DNA of 32,257 nucleotides from a virus (Duplodnaviria; Heunggongvirae; Uroviricota; Caudoviricetes): IMG/VR virus record IMGVR_UViG_2541047777_000015; one strand, 5' to 3'. Shown piece by piece: positions 28,785 to 32,257 of this stretch (position 1 is its first letter; each line of letters starts with the position of its first letter). The notes under the pieces were generated by a model. It saw only the letters and a program-made list of their open reading frames with translations, ran no database searches and was not told where the DNA came from. The position numbers and the translations under genes were made by a program.

Positions 28785-29120
28785 TTATTTTACATCCCAA
28801 GGTAGTTCCTCAAGAGAGAAGACTAATTCATTATCAATAATTTCGTATTCTGCATAACCTTCAACCTCTCCTGAGAAGTTATTGTCAACGCATCCTTCAT
28901 AATAGCTATATGGTGCTATAAAGTGAAACCCATATTCATCTATCTCTGTGATTTCAAAATTGTAGTAATCGTAAGAATATCGAATATCATCATCAGAAAT
29001 AGAACTAAGTACATAGTTATTAAATTTATCGGAATGCTTAACGATAAGTTCTGACAACGCGTCAAGATTCTCTGGAGAGATATTTCCTAACGGTAATCTG
29101 TACTCAACGGCATTAATCAT
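28785..29120 (-). CDS. hypothetical highly acidic protein (111 aa), AT-rich moron between tR' and the lysis genes
   Basis: Very strong RBS (AAAAAGGAGG, 4-5 nt spacing) before the ATG at 29120. About 24 Asp/Glu versus about 7 Lys/Arg/His, Tyr-rich. No family recognised. Confidence 0.7.
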   Translation of the reverse strand: MINAVEYRLPLGNISPENLDALSELIVKHSDKFNNYVLSSISDDDIRYSYDYYNFEITEIDEYGFHFIAPYSYYEGCVDNNFSGEVEGYAEYEIIDNELVFSLEELPWDVK

Positions 29121-29172
29121 ACAACCTCCTTTTTAACTGATATGAGGTTATATAATGTGTTTCAGTACAAGT

Positions 29173-29198
29173 AAATAAAAACCCGCTCAACAGCGGGT
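29173..29198 (-). terminator. tR'-like intrinsic terminator of the late leader
   Basis: Minus strand ACCCGCT-GTTG-AGCGGGT followed by TTTTTATTT, about 45-50 nt downstream of the predicted pR' -10. Confidence 0.7.
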
Positions 29199-29245
29199 TC
29201 GTGAAAATTATCAACGGCAGACATACAAAGCCCATCGTTGGGAAA

Positions 29246-29274
29246 ATCTTATCCATATTTTTTGAAAAATGCAA
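29246..29274 (-). promoter_or_regulatory. pR'-like late promoter downstream of Q (candidate Q-utilisation region)
   Basis: Minus strand TTGCAT-N17-TAAGAT starting ~32 nt after the Q stop; a short leader ends in the tR'-like terminator. Confidence 0.55.
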
Positions 29275-29305
29275 GCTTCATGTCACTATCTTCGGCGAAA
29301 ATCAC

Positions 29306-30058
29306 TTATCTCGTCACCTTTCTCAATTGTGTTTCAGCATATGCTTCTTCCTGCCAGCACTTTGTTACTAGTTTATCAATTACGTCTGCATATCCTTTGT
29401 ACCACTGATAATCAGTCAGGTCTGGAACCAGCTTCTGGACATGACGTCGTGCCAGTGTAGTCGGTAAACGGCTAAACCGGTTTCCATTGCAACGCCCACA
29501 AGTCTTATAAACAGGCGTGCCATGAAGCCGGGTTCTTTTTTCATCCAGGACAATACCTTTACCCTTACACCCTCTGCACGCCGTGCTGACTTCTCCCTTG
29601 CCATGACAATGCTGACACAGTTCCTTCACCCACTCTTCTTTGATAACGGATTCCCCGCTTCTGGAATGTTTCACCACTTCGCGCAATACATTATGAAATC
29701 CAGTACCAGTACAATGCTCACAGCGAGCCTTACTTGCCGCAGACCTGGAATAATCAGCAAAGGCAAAATTCACAAGGTAAGGGATGATCTGTAACCGGGT
29801 TTCTTCACTCAATTTGTTCAATGTCGGGTTATCCAGTGCCATCGCGTAATTGAGCAGGCCTTCAATCGCAAACTGAGGATCCTGAACACCAACTTTTGCC
29901 AGGAATAAGGCAAACCCAAGCGGTGCTTTCGACTGCACCATCCCCTGCGCAGCCATTACATCCGTAATTGTTAAACCACCCGAGCCTGTCGCCGATGCGT
30001 CATCGCTCAATTTTGGAGATTTTGGGGAGTAATATTTCGGTAAGGCTTCAAGGTTCAT
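29306..30058 (-). CDS. antitermination protein Q (phage 82 / QuuQ-like)
   Basis: 250 aa from the ATG at 30058 (RBS GGAG 8 nt upstream; the track start at 30100 is a GTG). Contains Cys-rich zinc-finger-like motifs (CEHCTGTG, CQHCHGKG, CRGCKGKG, CGRCNG). Sits directly upstream of the pR'/tR' pair and lysis genes. Confidence 0.7.
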   Translation of the reverse strand: MNLEALPKYYSPKSPKLSDDASATGSGGLTITDVMAAQGMVQSKAPLGFALFLAKVGVQDPQFAIEGLLNYAMALDNPTLNKLSEETRLQIIPYLVNFAFADYSRSAASKARCEHCTGTGFHNVLREVVKHSRSGESVIKEEWVKELCQHCHGKGEVSTACRGCKGKGIVLDEKRTRLHGTPVYKTCGRCNGNRFSRLPTTLARRHVQKLVPDLTDYQWYKGYADVIDKLVTKCWQEEAYAETQLRKVTR

Positions 30059-30071
30059 GCTCGTTCTCCAC

Positions 30072-31067
30072 TTACACCAGTACGCCAATTGCCAGCGCAC
30101 GCTCGATAAAACGAAATATCAGCTCCAGCTGGGAGCCATACATCTCTTCAAATGCCACGGTATCCGCATGCAGCTCGTCGTGATGCTTTCTGCACAAAGG
30201 CAACACAAAAAGGTCATGCGCTTTTGTACCCATTCCACCCTGTCCGTGGCCTATCAGGTGGTGGGGATCATCAGCGGGCTTTCCACAACATGCACACGAC
30301 TGTGTCTTAACCCAGCGCGTGTACTTTTCATTAACCCAGCGGCGACGTTTTGGGCGTAACATAAAAGACTCCGGCGACTCCGGATCCACTTTCAGCGCCA
30401 GCACCTTTTTCGCTTTATTCTGGATGATGCTGGTGGCAGGAACCGAAGGCACAAGGTCACTTTCCCGGGTGACAGACGGCACAACAGGCTTCGGTAATCT
30501 CAGTGCCTTACGGGCTGCACTTTCCGGTAAGGCATCCGCCAGGTCATTACGAATCAGCCACCAGCACAGTTCCGGCATTGTCACAACGTGACTGTCATCA
30601 AAACCGAGATCCCGACGCACAACAGACAACACCCAGCGGGCACAGTTATCCGTTGCCATTGATTCCAGCCGTTCCGTGAACTGATCGCGAAGCAGGTTAT
30701 CGCAGTGCCAGCACAGACGGATTGCGCCCGGCGCGTGTCGCATTGTGGTCATGTTCTCGCTGTGCCATCCGGAATGAGGCCACTGACAGCCCTTTTCACG
30801 AAGTAACCAGCTTTCAAGACATTCCACACCCCCCGCACGACGAATAACTGCCTCATTGCGGAACACGGCCCGAATGGCAGGATCATCCGCCAGCGGTTGT
30901 GATGCCGCCGGAACGGCACCACTGGCAAAAGATGAATAACGTTCCGGCTCAGGCTCCAGCAGGACACGCCCCTGCATAAACAGGGGCATCAGCTCTGAAC
31001 CGGGCCTGAACAATACGATCCCCATACGCGGGGCAATTTCAGGGGTCAGTAGTGCTCTCACGGTCAC
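30072..31067 (-). CDS. DUF968-family protein (YdfU-like, nin-region)
   Basis: C-terminal motif CACCGKPADDPHHLIGHGQGGMGTKAHDLFVLPLCRKHHDELH typical of DUF968. Start uncertain (GTG at 31067, or ATG at 31025). Confidence 0.65.
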   Translation of the reverse strand: MTVRALLTPEIAPRMGIVLFRPGSELMPLFMQGRVLLEPEPERYSSFASGAVPAASQPLADDPAIRAVFRNEAVIRRAGGVECLESWLLREKGCQWPHSGWHSENMTTMRHAPGAIRLCWHCDNLLRDQFTERLESMATDNCARWVLSVVRRDLGFDDSHVVTMPELCWWLIRNDLADALPESAARKALRLPKPVVPSVTRESDLVPSVPATSIIQNKAKKVLALKVDPESPESFMLRPKRRRWVNEKYTRWVKTQSCACCGKPADDPHHLIGHGQGGMGTKAHDLFVLPLCRKHHDELHADTVAFEEMYGSQLELIFRFIERALAIGVLV

Positions 31068-31068
31068 C

Positions 31069-31866
31069 TCAATGAACGGTATCGAGCAGCTTTAACAGCT
31101 CAGGGAATCGGGATTCGAAGAAATGCGGCTGCGTCTCGCGCGGATTTGCAGGACTGGTGATGTTCTTGCCGAACATGCAGCCTTTCGCCGTCAGCGACCA
31201 GAATTTTTTGATGTTGTTAATCGCGGTACGGCTGTATCGTTCGCGTTGTTCAACGATCCCCAGCTTCGCCATCTGGTGATATGCCTGATTAGCCGTCAGG
31301 CGGATACCATACTGTTTCAGCAGTGCACTCAGCGACAGTGTCGGGCGACTTGAGCCATCAGGCGCGTCAGCAGGAGCATCAATGGCATAGCGCGGTGCCA
31401 GATTCGGTAAGCCAACAGCCTCCTGAAGCTTCTGACAGGCTCCAAGCACTGATGAGTTAGACAGGTTTAATTCCCGGCGCATAAAGTCCAGCAGGATCAC
31501 GCCAGCCTGCATCTTGTCAGCAGCCTGCCCGGATAATTTTTCCGGTGTGCTGGTTACCATATCGAAAGTACGGATCACCTTCAGATGGAATGACGGGCTT
31601 ATCCACATTGCATAGGCATACACCAGTTCTTTGCAGACATACGTCCCCTGGTTATTTCCGCCACGAATAACGTTAACTGGCTCTATATTGACCGAGTTGC
31701 AAATCTGCAACTCGCTTATTAAACGTTCAGTTTGCTCATTGCGGAGCCAGAATGCAGGCTTATGCTTATCCAGAGAACCGGCAGCCCTGTGCAGATCGTT
31801 CAGGCTGTAACGCCCATAAGCATCACGACGAACTTCAATACCATCAATAACCATCAGATTATTCAT
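31069..31866 (-). CDS. KilA-N domain protein (antirepressor-like)
   Basis: N-terminal KilA-N-like segment (IDGIEVRRDAYGRYSLNDLHRAAG...KPAFWLRNEQTERLISEL); RBS GAGGAG 9 nt upstream. Confidence 0.7.
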   Translation of the reverse strand: MNNLMVIDGIEVRRDAYGRYSLNDLHRAAGSLDKHKPAFWLRNEQTERLISELQICNSVNIEPVNVIRGGNNQGTYVCKELVYAYAMWISPSFHLKVIRTFDMVTSTPEKLSGQAADKMQAGVILLDFMRRELNLSNSSVLGACQKLQEAVGLPNLAPRYAIDAPADAPDGSSRPTLSLSALLKQYGIRLTANQAYHQMAKLGIVEQRERYSRTAINNIKKFWSLTAKGCMFGKNITSPANPRETQPHFFESRFPELLKLLDTVH

Positions 31867-31885
31867 ACTTCGTTTCTCCTCTTAA

Positions 31886-32257
31886 TCAGGCAGCTGCACC
31901 CGCCGTTTTCTCGTACTTACTGATAGTGATCTCGACCTTCCCTTCCGGGATAACCGGTCCCCACTCCACCAGCATTCTTTTCACCTGACTGTCGTCTTCC
32001 CACACACCCGCGTGGGTCAGGGCGTCAAACAGCGCCTTGTTATAGTTGTCCAGATCGCGGATCCGGTTATCCGGAGGAAACAACACGATCTCCACTGAAG
32101 CAGGTGCCGACGTTGGTTTTGGCAGACGACGTAACTGCTCAACTATTGCTGCACACGCCGCGCTCTGGAATTTGCGCCCCGCCGCGCTTATCAGGCTCTT
32201 ACCAGCAAACGCCCCTTTGTTGGGGTGTCGCCAGTACGTGTTCACGCTGGGCGGAAA
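31886..32257 (-). CDS. rusA: Holliday junction resolvase RusA, 5' end beyond the window edge
   Basis: Residues ...RDLDNYNKALFDALTHAGVWEDDSQV... match the RusA catalytic region. The frame stays open to the window end (…FPPSVNTYW…), so the true start is outside; the track M at 32245 is an internal GTG. Confidence 0.8.
   Translation of the reverse strand, partial: FPPSVNTYWRHPNKGAFAGKSLISAAGRKFQSAACAAIVEQLRRLPKPTSAPASVEIVLFPPDNRIRDLDNYNKALFDALTHAGVWEDDSQVKRMLVEWGPVIPEGKVEITISKYEKTAGAAA

Overview
The window is a mosaic accessory region of an enterobacterial (E. coli-like) chromosome; no rRNA genes or CRISPR arrays were seen. All calls rest on reading the sequence and motif recollection, with no database search run. 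Left ~4 kb: an intact IS2 (104-1434, 5-bp target duplication GGCTG) sits 31 codons before the stop of an unidentified gene that is translationally coupled (ATGA overlap) to a 262-aa PD-(D/E)XK-like gene. This is followed by a convergent 97-aa gene, a GIY-YIG nuclease-domain gene, and a degenerate tRNA-Pro-like copy with a canonical 3' half and terminator, which looks like an att-type island boundary. Middle: a frameshifted dinI-like pseudogene behind tandem LexA boxes, then a 629-aa DUF262/DUF1524 (GmrSD-family type IV restriction) gene in the slot where e14-type prophages carry pin-mcrA, then a 42-codon remnant of a Pin/Gin-type invertase and a ~1.9 kb invertible tail-fibre segment flanked by hix/gix-like sites. 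Right ~23 kb, all on the minus strand: a prophage late region with a Mu-like contractile tail and baseplate, an HK97-like head and packaging module, AT-rich moron ORFs, a lambda-type lysis cassette, an acidic moron between tR' and the holin, a Q antiterminator with pR'/tR', DUF968, KilA-N and a rusA gene running off the window. The strongest candidates for a novel system are the IS2-split two-gene module, the GIY-YIG locus, and the acidic late-expressed moron.
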